Shown: in pieces, positions 29,597 to 40,740 of the stretch
How the letters are laid out: each line of letters begins with the position of its first letter
How positions within the stretch are numbered: position 1 is the first letter of the stretch
Assembly (NCBI GenBank): GCA_034439895.1
Contig: JAWXBF010000069.1
Location: 1-51,066 of the forward strand
Length of the DNA: 51,066 nt
DNA from: Deltaproteobacteria bacterium
GTDB taxonomy: Bacteria > Myxococcota_A > Polyangia > Fen-1088
Direction: 5' to 3'
The notes under the pieces: generated by a model
What the model saw: only the letters and a program-made list of their open reading frames with translations
Databases searched by the model: none
What the model was told of the DNA's origin: nothing
Made by a program: the position numbers and the translations under genes

Positions 29597-31108
29597 CTAG
29601 AAAACGACCTTTCGCCTGGAACTGGGCAGGATTCGAAGCTGCTCGCGATATTTCGCAACCGTTCGACGGGCGATCTCAATGTTTTGTTCCGCGAGTAACT
29701 CGACGAGTTTCTGATCGGAATGGGGATGTCGGACGTCTTCGGCACCAACGAGTTGTCTGATCTTCAACTTGACGGCCTCGGAGGCGAGGTCGTCGCCATC
29801 CGAGCGGGAGATGCCAGAGTTGAAGAAGTACTTCAGCTCAAAAATTCCTTGCTGGGTGTGCACGTACTTATTCGTCGTCACCCGTGAGACGGTGGACTCG
29901 TGCATGCCGATATCATCTGCGACGTCGCGCAAAATCAGGGGTCGCAGGTGGGCCGCACCCCGCTCGAAAAACTCTTTCTGAAACTTCAAAATCGATTCTG
30001 TGACACGAACGATCGTGCGCTGACGCTGCTGAATCGAGCGGATCAACCATTGCGCCGAGCGGAGACGCTCCTGGATGTAGTCCTTTGCGTTGTCGCCGGC
30101 TGCGAGGGCCGCCCGGTAAAAATCCGAGATTTTCAACTTGGGAAGACCATCGTCGTTGGCGACGACGAAATACTGTTCCCCGATCTTGTAGATATAAACA
30201 TCCGGCGTGACGTACGTCGGTTCGTCGTCGGTGTAAACGCTGCCCGGTTTCGGATCGAGGCCCTTAATCACCTTGGCCGCTTCGTAGATCTCGTCAAGCG
30301 GCTGGTTGAGGTCGCGGGCAATGAGCGCGTAGTTCTGGCGTTCCATGTTGCCGAGATGTTTCTCGATGATGGCCACGACGATCTCGTCATCGGCTTCCAA
30401 GTGCCGGGCCTGTATCAACAAACATTCGCGAAGGTCTCGCGCACCGACACCGGGAGGGTCGAGTATCTGCACCAGCTTGAGAACGTTCTCGGCTTCCTCG
30501 ACCGAACACTCGGCCTCTTCCGCCACGTCCTCGAGCGGAATGTCCAGGTAGCCATCGGGGGTGAGGTTGCCAATCAGAAGGAGCGCGATCCCCGCCTGAT
30601 TCTCGGTAAACCGGCTGGACAGCTTCAGCTGCCATTCGAGATGGCCAAAGAGCGACGTGCCGCGGGTGAGGTTTGCCTCGAGTGAGGGCATGTCATCGCT
30701 CGACAAGGGTCGGTTACCCGGCATGGGCGCCGCCATGGCCTGATTCGCGAGGTAGCTCTCCCAGTCGAATTCGCGAACCGCCTCGCCGGAGGTGTCGTCC
30801 GCCTGAACCTGACCACCACCTTCGGGTCTATCGGTGGCCGTCTCGGACCCGTGCAAATCGGTCTCGCCGACCCGTTCGGCCTCGTATTCCGCCGCGTCAG
30901 CCCGCTCCTGCACACCACCCTCGACCTTGCGATTATCTGGCTGTATTTCCAGTGAATCCTCGAGAACTGGGTTCTCAAGGAGTTCGTCGCGCACCATATC
31001 AACGAGCTCGATGCGAGACAGTTGAAGCAGTTTGATCGCCTGCTGCAACTGGGGCGTCATGACCAGTTGTTGGCTCAGGCGGAGCTGTTGTTTTATGTCC
31101 ATTCCCAT
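29597..31108 (-). CDS. rpoN: RNA polymerase sigma-54 factor
   Basis: QQLVMTPQLQQAIKLLQL, HESTVSRVT, RpoN box ARRTVAKYRE. Confidence 0.98.
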   Translation of the reverse strand: MGMDIKQQLRLSQQLVMTPQLQQAIKLLQLSRIELVDMVRDELLENPVLEDSLEIQPDNRKVEGGVQERADAAEYEAERVGETDLHGSETATDRPEGGGQVQADDTSGEAVREFDWESYLANQAMAAPMPGNRPLSSDDMPSLEANLTRGTSLFGHLEWQLKLSSRFTENQAGIALLLIGNLTPDGYLDIPLEDVAEEAECSVEEAENVLKLVQILDPPGVGARDLRECLLIQARHLEADDEIVVAIIEKHLGNMERQNYALIARDLNQPLDEIYEAAKVIKGLDPKPGSVYTDDEPTYVTPDVYIYKIGEQYFVVANDDGLPKLKISDFYRAALAAGDNAKDYIQERLRSAQWLIRSIQQRQRTIVRVTESILKFQKEFFERGAAHLRPLILRDVADDIGMHESTVSRVTTNKYVHTQQGIFELKYFFNSGISRSDGDDLASEAVKLKIRQLVGAEDVRHPHSDQKLVELLAEQNIEIARRTVAKYREQLRILPSSRRKVVF

Positions 31109-31175
31109 GGGGATATCGCGCGAAAATCAAGCTAACATCTTGGATAGCTTCGGGTAAAGCCTCAAAGACGATACT

Positions 31176-31191
31176 TGGTACAAGTATTGCA
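31176..31191 (+). promoter_or_regulatory. sigma54 -24/-12 motif between divergent rpoN and ogt
   Basis: TGGTACAAGTATTGCA with exact GG-N10-GC spacing; overlaps palindrome ATACTTG-GTA-CAAGTAT. Confidence 0.6.
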
Positions 31192-31219
31192 AACACTCGA
31201 CTTGCAGATCGGAAAATTT

Positions 31220-31702
31220 ATGGCTTCCAGCGTTTTTAGTTCTCCCATTGGCTGGCTCCGCGTGAGCTGCACCGCCCGGGGGATCTCGGGCCTCAGCATT
31301 CAGAAGAAACGGCCACCCGACGATCCCACCGCCGCCTCGCCGCGCGAAGTGGCCCTGCTGTCGGCCGCCGAACACTGGCTGGCCGGTTTTTTCGCCACGG
31401 GCGCCGATATGGATTCCCTGCCCTCCTTCGACGCGGCCGGCACCGAGTTCCAAAAGACGGTGTGGAACCTTCTGTGTCAGATCGAGCGCGGCAGTACCAA
31501 AACCTACAGCGAAATCGCCGCCCTTGCGGGCCGGCCGGGCGCGAGTCGAGCCGTCGGCTCCGCCTGCGGCGCGAACCCCCTATTGCTCATGGTTCCCTGT
31601 CACCGCGTGCTGGGGGCGGGCGGACGGCTGGGAGGATTTTCTGCCGGACTCGACCGCAAACAGTGGCTGCTAACCCACGAGGGCGTTCCCTTCCAAGCGT
31701 AA
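31220..31702 (+). CDS. ogt: Methylated-DNA-protein-cysteine S-methyltransferase
   Basis: SPIG, GTEFQKTVW, TYSEIA, RAVGSACGANP, active site PCHRV. Confidence 0.95.
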   Translation: MASSVFSSPIGWLRVSCTARGISGLSIQKKRPPDDPTAASPREVALLSAAEHWLAGFFATGADMDSLPSFDAAGTEFQKTVWNLLCQIERGSTKTYSEIAALAGRPGASRAVGSACGANPLLLMVPCHRVLGAGGRLGGFSAGLDRKQWLLTHEGVPFQA

Positions 31703-31728
31703 TACAAACGACGCACAGGTGCCCTCCA

Positions 31729-33453
<1,725 letters not shown>

Positions 33454-33797
33454 TCATACATTGCCCGAGTGATTCGTAGAACGTTGTCCAACTCGGGACG
33501 CCATTCTTGGGCACCAGCACGCCGCAAGTCAATGGAGAAGGTATGGTTTTCTTTCAGCCCCGCCTTTAAACACCTTGGACTGAAATTCGCCGCGCCAAGA
33601 CGCGCCGCCCAAAGGAGTATGCAGGGTATCAAACTTCTCATGACGCGTTCGTGACAAATTGCTACAGGCGAAGATATGGCTCACCTTGACTTACTTTTTT
33701 CACTCCCTTAAACAGAGATCGTTTTGCCGCAGCGTCATCTCGGTTTCCAGGCTTTGATTCTCGCCTCCGGGAGCGCCACAAACAAGGAGCGATGCCG

Positions 33798-35174
33798 ATG
33801 TTGAAGCGCGCCGGATTCTGGTCTTTTTTTGGCTGGTCTTTCCTCGGATTGATCGCCTCTATGGGGTTGGCAATGCCAACCGCGAACGCTGCCGACAAGA
33901 AAATTGTTGTTGAGGGATTCGAAGGGACCCAGTCCGACAAGCTTCGCGATCTCGTGAAGAAGGCGCTCAAGGGCGTCGATGGCGTCAGCGTCATCAGCGA
34001 CCAAAAGCTCGCCTCGACCGAGGCGGATCTCGGTTTGATGCAAGCCTCGGATCAGTACGAGGAAGTCGCCAAGAAACTGGGCGCAGCGGGCTTCATCAAG
34101 GGCAAGGTGAGCGGCAAAAAGAAGCTGACAGCCACGGTCACCCTCAACGATGCCACCGGTAAAAAGGTTGGTGACGAGTCGTTCAAGGGTGCCAACGCCA
34201 AGGCGTTGTTGAACGACGCTGAAAACGGCTTGCCCGCCGCATTGACCGCCTTGCTCGCAAAAGTTGGTGGCGGCATCGCAGCGGCACCTGCCGACAAGCC
34301 CAAGGTTGCTGCAAAGAAAGATGCGCCTCCAGTCAAAGCCGCTGCAGCCGAAGAAAAGCCAGCCGAAGAAAAGCCAGCCGAAGAAACAGTGGCCGCCGAG
34401 GAGCCATCCGCCGCGGTTGAGGAGACGGCTGAAGAAAGCACGGGATCGGATGATTCAGGGGGCGGGTGGACGGGTCTCGATGTGACGGCTGGCGCTTTGG
34501 TCTACAACCGGGTGTTCGAGTACAACAACCTTCAACCGCGAACGGGTGGCCTTCAGGGGTACAAGCTCGATGCAGGTCCCGCAGTTGCGTTGGCCGCGGA
34601 ATACTATTTCCACCCGAACGTCGGCGTGGCGGCAGGCGGTGACTTCACCGTCGCGGTTTCGTCGGAAGACGGCAAGGGCAATACCTTCACTACCGCATCC
34701 ATGCAGTGGTACGCAGGCGCCAAGGGAAAATACAACATGGATGACCTTGAGCTGAACCTGTTGGCCGCGTACAGCGAACATAGCTTCAGCGTCGATCCAC
34801 CAGGACCGACCGGCACCAAAGGAAGCGGTGTCTCACCGGTTCGTTACTCCCATGTTCGAGCACTCGCTGGCTTGCGCTACGATTTGGGCGCCTTTGCGGT
34901 CACAGCCGGTGCCGGTTACCTGCATGTTCTCAGCGCCGGAAAAGACGACCTACTCGTCGACTTCCCGAACGCAACGGCCAAGGGTACCGAAGGCAATGTG
35001 GGTGTTGCCGTTCCCCTTCCGTGGGGCGGCCTTGAGGGTCGTGTTGCTTTGAATGCCCGCCAGTACGGGTTGGATTTCTTGCCGACGAAGTCTGGCCAGG
35101 CCGACGTGGCTGGCGGTGCGAAGGATCGCTACATCGGCGTGAACATCGGCGTCGGCTACCGCATGAAGAACTAG
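33798..35174 (+). CDS. Secreted protein: N-terminal alpha/beta domain, Ala/Glu/Lys/Pro linker, C-terminal outer-membrane beta-barrel-like domain
   Basis: AAGGAG 8 nt before ATG 33798; signal peptide ending ANA-A; alternating strands ending YIGVNIGVGYR. Confidence 0.75.
   Translation: MLKRAGFWSFFGWSFLGLIASMGLAMPTANAADKKIVVEGFEGTQSDKLRDLVKKALKGVDGVSVISDQKLASTEADLGLMQASDQYEEVAKKLGAAGFIKGKVSGKKKLTATVTLNDATGKKVGDESFKGANAKALLNDAENGLPAALTALLAKVGGGIAAAPADKPKVAAKKDAPPVKAAAAEEKPAEEKPAEETVAAEEPSAAVEETAEESTGSDDSGGGWTGLDVTAGALVYNRVFEYNNLQPRTGGLQGYKLDAGPAVALAAEYYFHPNVGVAAGGDFTVAVSSEDGKGNTFTTASMQWYAGAKGKYNMDDLELNLLAAYSEHSFSVDPPGPTGTKGSGVSPVRYSHVRALAGLRYDLGAFAVTAGAGYLHVLSAGKDDLLVDFPNATAKGTEGNVGVAVPLPWGGLEGRVALNARQYGLDFLPTKSGQADVAGGAKDRYIGVNIGVGYRMKN
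34345..34386. repeat. 15-bp tandem repeat x2.8 (AEEKP linker)
   Basis: CAGCCGAAGAAAAGC twice plus CAGCCGAAGAAA. Confidence 0.85.
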
Positions 35175-36283
35175 TCACGGTCGAACAGGAACGCCAGCGC
35201 AAACAGGAGTGTGTGGCGTCGATAGTCGACGGGTCCGCCAGCAAGTTCGTTGGTGTAGAAAACGTAGCGCACAATCCCCTCGAAGTGTTCGTCGAGGGAT
35301 CGGGTTAGTTCTGCACGAATCGTATTGCGACTTTCTTCTTCGATGCTCGCGCGCGGCTGCGCCGTCACCGGATCGCGCGCCAGCGGCACGGGATCCGAAT
35401 AGCGCGTGAACAACAACTCAGCCCGTAGCGTGAGGGTCAGCTCCCACGGCAACGACAAGCCAGCGTTGGCATGGGCGGCAAGCCGGACGAGGCCGTTTCC
35501 GAAACTATTCGAGCCGTTGATCTGCAATGCTGTGCCCAAGCCGAAGAGGTGCTCTCCGGTGCGAATCAACTCGGCACTGACTACCGTGAAGTCGTCCACG
35601 TGCCGAGAATTCGCAACACACGCATCCTGTCGGCAGCGCTCGCCCTTAAAATTGCGTTGTTCGTGCGAAAGCGAGGCAGACAGTTCCCAATCCGCGGCGT
35701 CGGGTTCAACGTCGAGATCAGCCAGAAATGCCTTGCGATAGGTCAGGAACGCAAGCGGCCCGGCAAAATTGAAATCGCTTGTCGACTTGAAGGTGAACCA
35801 ACGGTAGCCACCGCCCATGCCAAGTGCGCCGCCACCGATGCGTTGTTGCAATTGCATTCCAGGCGAGACCGAACGAAAATCACGGGTATCCAATCCGCCC
35901 TTTTGAAAGGCATCGTAGTACGAAAGGTTCGACGCCAGCACGGTACCGGGTAACAGGCGCACAAACGCGCCCGGAGAAGCCTGTACCAACGCGATGTTTT
36001 CCGGTTGTGCGGCTGATTCGGTGAAACCCTTCAGCGCGCCACCGCCCGAAAGTGCAAGCGACCAGCGTTCCCCAAGATTCAAATTGCTCGAGGCCGAGCC
36101 GACAAATCGACCCGCTGCAGATCCAACCGTGGGCACCGGGGTTTCTTGGCTGACCTGTTCAGCTCGCCCCGCATTGCTGTCGTATTCGAGGCCACCTTCA
36201 CCGCGGATCTGCAAGGAACCGTCGCCCCTCACGGACGAAACGGAACCCACAAGGGCGATGAAAGCCAGGACAAGCGCGCGCAA
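35171..36283 (-). CDS. Putative outer-membrane beta-barrel protein
   Basis: Signal peptide, GGLEYDSN near the N-terminus, amphipathic strands, C-terminal YRRHTLLFALAFLF. Confidence 0.72.
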   Translation of the reverse strand: MRALVLAFIALVGSVSSVRGDGSLQIRGEGGLEYDSNAGRAEQVSQETPVPTVGSAAGRFVGSASSNLNLGERWSLALSGGGALKGFTESAAQPENIALVQASPGAFVRLLPGTVLASNLSYYDAFQKGGLDTRDFRSVSPGMQLQQRIGGGALGMGGGYRWFTFKSTSDFNFAGPLAFLTYRKAFLADLDVEPDAADWELSASLSHEQRNFKGERCRQDACVANSRHVDDFTVVSAELIRTGEHLFGLGTALQINGSNSFGNGLVRLAAHANAGLSLPWELTLTLRAELLFTRYSDPVPLARDPVTAQPRASIEEESRNTIRAELTRSLDEHFEGIVRYVFYTNELAGGPVDYRRHTLLFALAFLFDRD

Positions 36284-36316
36284 TGAAACGGCATCTTAAC
36301 CGAAGGCGCCGTCCCC

Positions 36317-37351
36317 CTACTTGGAATGGCGCAACGACTTCGATTGTTGCTGCAGGGCTGCTGCCCGAGCGCGGAGGGCGGCGACGGCAGTCCGCAAGGC
36401 AGCCGCGCGAGAGGCCGGAGTCCCCACCCCTTCGAGGCGCCGAACCTCGGCCAACGTTTGAGGATCCAGCAGGGTGCGGAATTGCGGCGGCAGCACGGCG
36501 TGTCCCGTCAGCGCGTCCGAGCCCGAGAACGACGGCGACGAAACCGGCGTGGTCGCTGTTGCGCCTCGACCACCCGATGTTTCCGGGGCCGGAGGGGTAC
36601 TCACCGGAGCGACGGGAGCGGCGCCGCCCATGTCACTGACCGAGGGAGTGGATGCCTGGGTCGAAACCGGACTCCCGGTCACCGAACCCGCGCCGTCATC
36701 GGTCGACTCCGGAGTGCCCGTCGCATCCCGCGTTCCAGGGCTCTGGGACGATAAAACCAGGCTGCGCTTCGACGCTTCAAGCGCAATGAAGGGATCGCTT
36801 TCGACTCGCCGCACGCGGCGACGCAAGACATCGCGACGTTCCGATTGCTGAACCTGCGCCTCTATCCGTGTGGCTTCAATGGCGAAACGTTCCGCCTGAT
36901 CGAGCAGAATGTCGGCCTTGGCGTCGAGTTCGCGGGGCCCGTCGCTTGGTCGAACAAGCGGAACGGATGGATTCACCTGCAACCATTGCGAGGCCGGTGG
37001 CGTCGCGCCCTGCAACCGCCGCAGTTGTGCCTCCGACTCGGTAAGACGCCGGCCGACGACGTCCGCCTCGGAAAGCCGCTCGCGCAACCGATAGTCCTCG
37101 GACACAGTTCGCGATTTCTTCTTCAGGTTCTGAATTTCGGTCGCCAATGTTGCAAGGCGAGCGCGGAGGCTCGCCACCTGTTGCCGCAGAGCGTCGCCCC
37201 CGGAAACGGCATTGGCCACCGGAGACTGAACGACCTGTGCGAATGCGGGCACCGCTGACGAAAACGAAAGGCAGAAGCCCAGCCCCCACAAGGCCAACCC
37301 GCGAAAGCGGGCGGAGGGGAAACGATTGGACTGGGTGAAAGACGCTCTCAT
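36317..37351 (-). CDS. Secreted coiled-coil protein with Ser/Thr/Pro-rich linker
   Basis: Signal peptide ending AFA-Q; heptad-rich helices at both ends; low-complexity middle. Confidence 0.72.
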   Translation of the reverse strand: MRASFTQSNRFPSARFRGLALWGLGFCLSFSSAVPAFAQVVQSPVANAVSGGDALRQQVASLRARLATLATEIQNLKKKSRTVSEDYRLRERLSEADVVGRRLTESEAQLRRLQGATPPASQWLQVNPSVPLVRPSDGPRELDAKADILLDQAERFAIEATRIEAQVQQSERRDVLRRRVRRVESDPFIALEASKRSLVLSSQSPGTRDATGTPESTDDGAGSVTGSPVSTQASTPSVSDMGGAAPVAPVSTPPAPETSGGRGATATTPVSSPSFSGSDALTGHAVLPPQFRTLLDPQTLAEVRRLEGVGTPASRAAALRTAVAALRARAAALQQQSKSLRHSK

Positions 37352-37372
37352 CTAAGTCTCGTACGGTTCTCT

Positions 37373-37388
37373 AGCAATCACCGGGCCA
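37373..37388 (-). promoter_or_regulatory. sigma54 -24/-12 promoter of the coiled-coil/beta-barrel gene pair
   Basis: TGGCCCGGTGATTGCT on the minus strand, exact spacing, ending about 22 bp before ATG 37351. Confidence 0.65.
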
Positions 37389-37425
37389 CCCTCCAAGCCC
37401 GCGATATCGCACGAGACCCCATCGG

Positions 37426-37451
37426 CAGCCTCTCAGAAATCCGAGAGGCTG
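37426..37451. repeat. Intergenic inverted repeat
   Basis: CAGCCTCTC-N8-GAGAGGCTG, perfect 9-bp arms. Confidence 0.7.
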
Positions 37452-37504
37452 ACGGACCCGAGCACGGGTTTCCATTGCAGGCCAAGTTGGTGCAAAGTTG
37501 GCCG

Positions 37505-38113
37505 GTGCTCTCCCGACGTGCGTATCTTTTTCTAGTCCCGTCCCTCTTGGCGTGCGTCTCTATCCCTGCGGAGAAAAACGGCGCCCTTGATCGTGCGCCC
37601 CCGACCGACGCGGCAGCTTATTACCCACTCGAGCGTGGTTGGAAGTGGGCCTATGACGTGACGCAAGACGGGGAGCAGATTCTCGCGACCTACGGGGTGC
37701 AATCCAACGACGGAACCTCTGCTGTGGTACGGGCTGGTAGCGAAACGGTGATGTTCAAGATTGAACCGGGGGGCATCGTTCGCACCGACGGTGCGGCGCG
37801 CGGAGATTTCCTGCTGAAGTCGCCAATCGCCAAGGGTTCACGATGGCAACTGCGCAGCGGTGTCGCCACGGTGGTTGAATTCGGAAAGAAAATTGAACTC
37901 GGTGCAGGACGGTTCGAGAACTGCATCATCGTGGAAGAAAAGCGCATCGATCCCGATCGCAACACGCGGACCACCTATGCTCCGGGCATCGGTGCGATCC
38001 TCATCGAATACACGTCGGAACAGGCGCTTGACGGTGAGATCCGCTCCCTTCGAACGGAACTTCGCGGCTTTACGAAACCCGGCCATGACGAGTTCGGCGA
38101 ACCGGCAAACTAG
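37505..38113 (+). CDS. Hypothetical lipoprotein
   Basis: Lipobox LLAC; YYPLERGWKWAY, GAGRFENCIIV, YAPGIG beta-rich motifs; GTG 37505 assumed as start. Confidence 0.75.
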   Translation: MLSRRAYLFLVPSLLACVSIPAEKNGALDRAPPTDAAAYYPLERGWKWAYDVTQDGEQILATYGVQSNDGTSAVVRAGSETVMFKIEPGGIVRTDGAARGDFLLKSPIAKGSRWQLRSGVATVVEFGKKIELGAGRFENCIIVEEKRIDPDRNTRTTYAPGIGAILIEYTSEQALDGEIRSLRTELRGFTKPGHDEFGEPAN

Positions 38114-38992
38114 CTAACTCTCGACGTACAGGCGAAAGAGCGCCTGAGTGCCGTACTCCGCGCCGCCGTTTTCGCAAAGGTTCTCGAAAAGCTGGGCGGC
38201 TTGTTTCAGCCCTGGCAAAGACAGATTCTGCTCTTTTGCGACCGCGAGCGCCAGGCCCAGATCTTTGACGATGTGCTTCACATAGAAGCCTGCTGCAAAA
38301 TCGCCCGCCAACATTCGAGGCGCCATTGTCGAAAGCAGCACCGAACCTGCCGCGCCCTTCTCGATGCTGGACAGGACGCGCAAAGGATCGAGACCAACGC
38401 CTTTGGCAAACGCCATTGCCTCACAAACACCGACAATGTTGGCGGCGATCGCGATTTGATTGACGAGCTTGGTCAATTGACCCGAGCCCGGCGGTCCCTG
38501 GTGCACGATGGTCTTTCCCATGCACTCCAGAATCGGTAGCACATGGTCAAACACCGCAGCATCACCGCCTACCATGATCGACAGTTGCGCGTTTCGGGCG
38601 CCCGTGTCGCCGCCCGAAACGGGTGCATCAAGCGCACCAACGTTGTGTTGCAGAGCCACCGCCGCAATGCTGCGGGCCAGAACGGGGCTGGAGGTGGTCA
38701 TGTCAATCACCGTCCCACCAGCCCGCAGGTTCTCAATCACACCGTGTGGCCCGAGCAGCGTCTGCTCGACATCCTGAGGGTAACCCACCATCGTGATGAC
38801 CACGTCTGAACCGCGCGCAACCTCCGCCGAATCACGACAGGCCACGGCTCCCTTTTCGACAAGGGAACCAAGCTTGCCGACCGAGCGGTTAAAAACCCGC
38901 AGCGAATATCCAGCCCCGATAAGATGGCCAGCCATGCTGCGTCCCATCACGCCCGTACCGATGAAACCAATGGTTGTCTTGTGCGTGCTCAT
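38114..38992 (-). CDS. NAD(P)-dependent beta-hydroxyacid dehydrogenase (3-hydroxyisobutyrate / tartronate semialdehyde reductase family)
   Basis: IGFIGTGVMG, DMTTSSP, LDAPVSGG, GQLTKLVNQ, KDLGLA. Confidence 0.93.
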   Translation of the reverse strand: MSTHKTTIGFIGTGVMGRSMAGHLIGAGYSLRVFNRSVGKLGSLVEKGAVACRDSAEVARGSDVVITMVGYPQDVEQTLLGPHGVIENLRAGGTVIDMTTSSPVLARSIAAVALQHNVGALDAPVSGGDTGARNAQLSIMVGGDAAVFDHVLPILECMGKTIVHQGPPGSGQLTKLVNQIAIAANIVGVCEAMAFAKGVGLDPLRVLSSIEKGAAGSVLLSTMAPRMLAGDFAAGFYVKHIVKDLGLALAVAKEQNLSLPGLKQAAQLFENLCENGGAEYGTQALFRLYVES

Positions 38993-39056
38993 GTAGAGAC
39001 GCCATCACAACAATATATCTGAGGGTGACACAAGGCCTCCATGATAGAAAATCGCC

Positions 39057-40469
39057 GTGTCCCCGGTTTTGATTCTCGTGATCGGCCTCGCGACCGTCGT
39101 CACGTTGATCCTGGCGCTGCGAATCAATGCCTTCATTGCGCTGTTCATGGCAGCACTCGTGGTCAGCTTGCTCGCGCCGGGCAACCCTGATCTGAAAGTG
39201 GTACGGGTCGCTGAAGCGTTCGGTGTTGCCTGCGGAAAGATGGGCATCGTCATCGCACTGGCCGCGATCATTGGGACCGCCATGATGGAGAGCGGTGGCG
39301 CCGATCGCATTGTGCTGAGCTTCACGCGCGCGCTCGGTGCCAAACGCGGCAGCACGGTCCTGATGGGTAGCGGCTTTACACTTGGTATCCCCGCCTCCTT
39401 CGACACGGTCTTCTACTTGCTTGTGCCGATCGCGCGATCGTTTCATCGCCGTACCGGGAAAAACTACGTCAGGGCCTTGCTCGCGATCGCCACCGGCGGG
39501 ATCATCACCCACACCCTGGTGCCGCCGGGACCTGGGCCGCTCGCTGTGGCCAATACCCTTGGTGTCAATCTCGGTGTGATGATCCTGATGGGTGGCGCCG
39601 TTGGTGCAGTTTCGGCAATCGTAGGACTCACCTATTCGACTTACCTTAGCAATCGGTACAAGATCCCCTTTCGTCTCGAAGAAGGTGAAGTCGATGCCAG
39701 CGCCACCGAGGAAAGGGGCGACACCGAACAACGGCTGGGGCCAGGCGATCGTGCATCCATCCCGGCCTTCGAGGGACCGCCGCTGTGGCTGTCGTTGTTG
39801 CCGGTATTGTTGCCCGTGCTGCTCATCGGCGTGCGAACCGTGTTTGAGCAAGTTGCCAGGGGAAACCCGTCACTGGCCAAAGCCAGCACCGTCCCGATGT
39901 TGCTCGGCGATCCGAACGTGGCGCTTTTGATCTCGGCAGGCATTTCGCTCTATCTCGTTTACCGTCAACGCGGCACGCGTGTTGCCGACATGCAATCCAT
40001 CGTGGAAACCTCGCTCAAAAGCGCAGGCATCATCATCCTCATCACCGCAGCAGGTTCGGCCTTCGGCGAGATGCTGAAAGAGGCGCAACTGTCGGTTGCG
40101 ATGAAGGCCATGCTCGGTGAATCGTCGTCGACCGGCCACGCACTGTTGATCATCGGCTTTGCGACCTCGGCCATTCTCAAGTTCGCGCAGGGCTCGACCA
40201 CCTCGGCACTCATTGTCACCTCGGCCATTCTAGCCGCGATGATCGGCGCTAACCCCTTGTCGTATCATCCGGTTTATCTGGCGCTCGCGGTCGGCGGTGG
40301 CGGCCTCGTCGGTTCATGGATGAACGACAGCAGCTTCTGGATCTTCGCGAAGGTGGGAGGCCTGTCTGAGGCCGAAACCCTCAGGACCTGGACACCGCTT
40401 CTGGCGGTAATTGGTACCACAACCTTCTTGTTGTCGTTCGCGCTGGCAGCCGTGCTACCCATGCGCTGA
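39057..40469 (+). CDS. GntP family gluconate/sugar-acid:H+ symporter
   Basis: NAFIAL, SGGADRI, THTLVPPGPGP, IILITAAG, AQGSTTSA, WMNDSSFW. Confidence 0.92.
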   Translation: MSPVLILVIGLATVVTLILALRINAFIALFMAALVVSLLAPGNPDLKVVRVAEAFGVACGKMGIVIALAAIIGTAMMESGGADRIVLSFTRALGAKRGSTVLMGSGFTLGIPASFDTVFYLLVPIARSFHRRTGKNYVRALLAIATGGIITHTLVPPGPGPLAVANTLGVNLGVMILMGGAVGAVSAIVGLTYSTYLSNRYKIPFRLEEGEVDASATEERGDTEQRLGPGDRASIPAFEGPPLWLSLLPVLLPVLLIGVRTVFEQVARGNPSLAKASTVPMLLGDPNVALLISAGISLYLVYRQRGTRVADMQSIVETSLKSAGIIILITAAGSAFGEMLKEAQLSVAMKAMLGESSSTGHALLIIGFATSAILKFAQGSTTSALIVTSAILAAMIGANPLSYHPVYLALAVGGGGLVGSWMNDSSFWIFAKVGGLSEAETLRTWTPLLAVIGTTTFLLSFALAAVLPMR

Positions 40470-40655
40470 ACCCGGTGCCCCCGGAATCGAAACAACCATG
40501 CCCGCCACCGGTTGCGCTGCGCGTCAGATCTCCCGAGACATCCATCGATGACCCCCGTGGACCCACCAAAGCCAAAAATTGATCTGTCGGTGTTGGCGCA
40601 GGTTTCCTATAGTCCCACGACAGAATAGACTGAGCCGCTGGATTCGTTCCGGCAT

Positions 40656-40740
40656 GCGAGGATGGCGAAACTGGTAGACGCGCTGGATTTAGGTTCCAGT
40701 GGAGCAATCCGTGGGGGTTCGAGTCCCCCTTCTCGCACCA
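40656..40740 (+). tRNA. tRNA-Leu, anticodon TAG, CCA encoded
   Basis: Acceptor GCGAGGA/TTCTCGC, D-arm TGGCGAAACTGGTAGACGC, anticodon arm CTGGA-TTTAGGT-TCCAG, long variable arm, T-arm GGGGGTTCGAGTCCCCC, ACCA end. Confidence 0.97.

Noticed and set aside
40662-40739. ORF-track N-terminus MAKLVDALDLGSSGAIRGGSSPPSRT as a normal protein start
   Set aside because: It is the tRNA-Leu sequence translated, with no properly spaced SD; kept only as a possibility in the findings.
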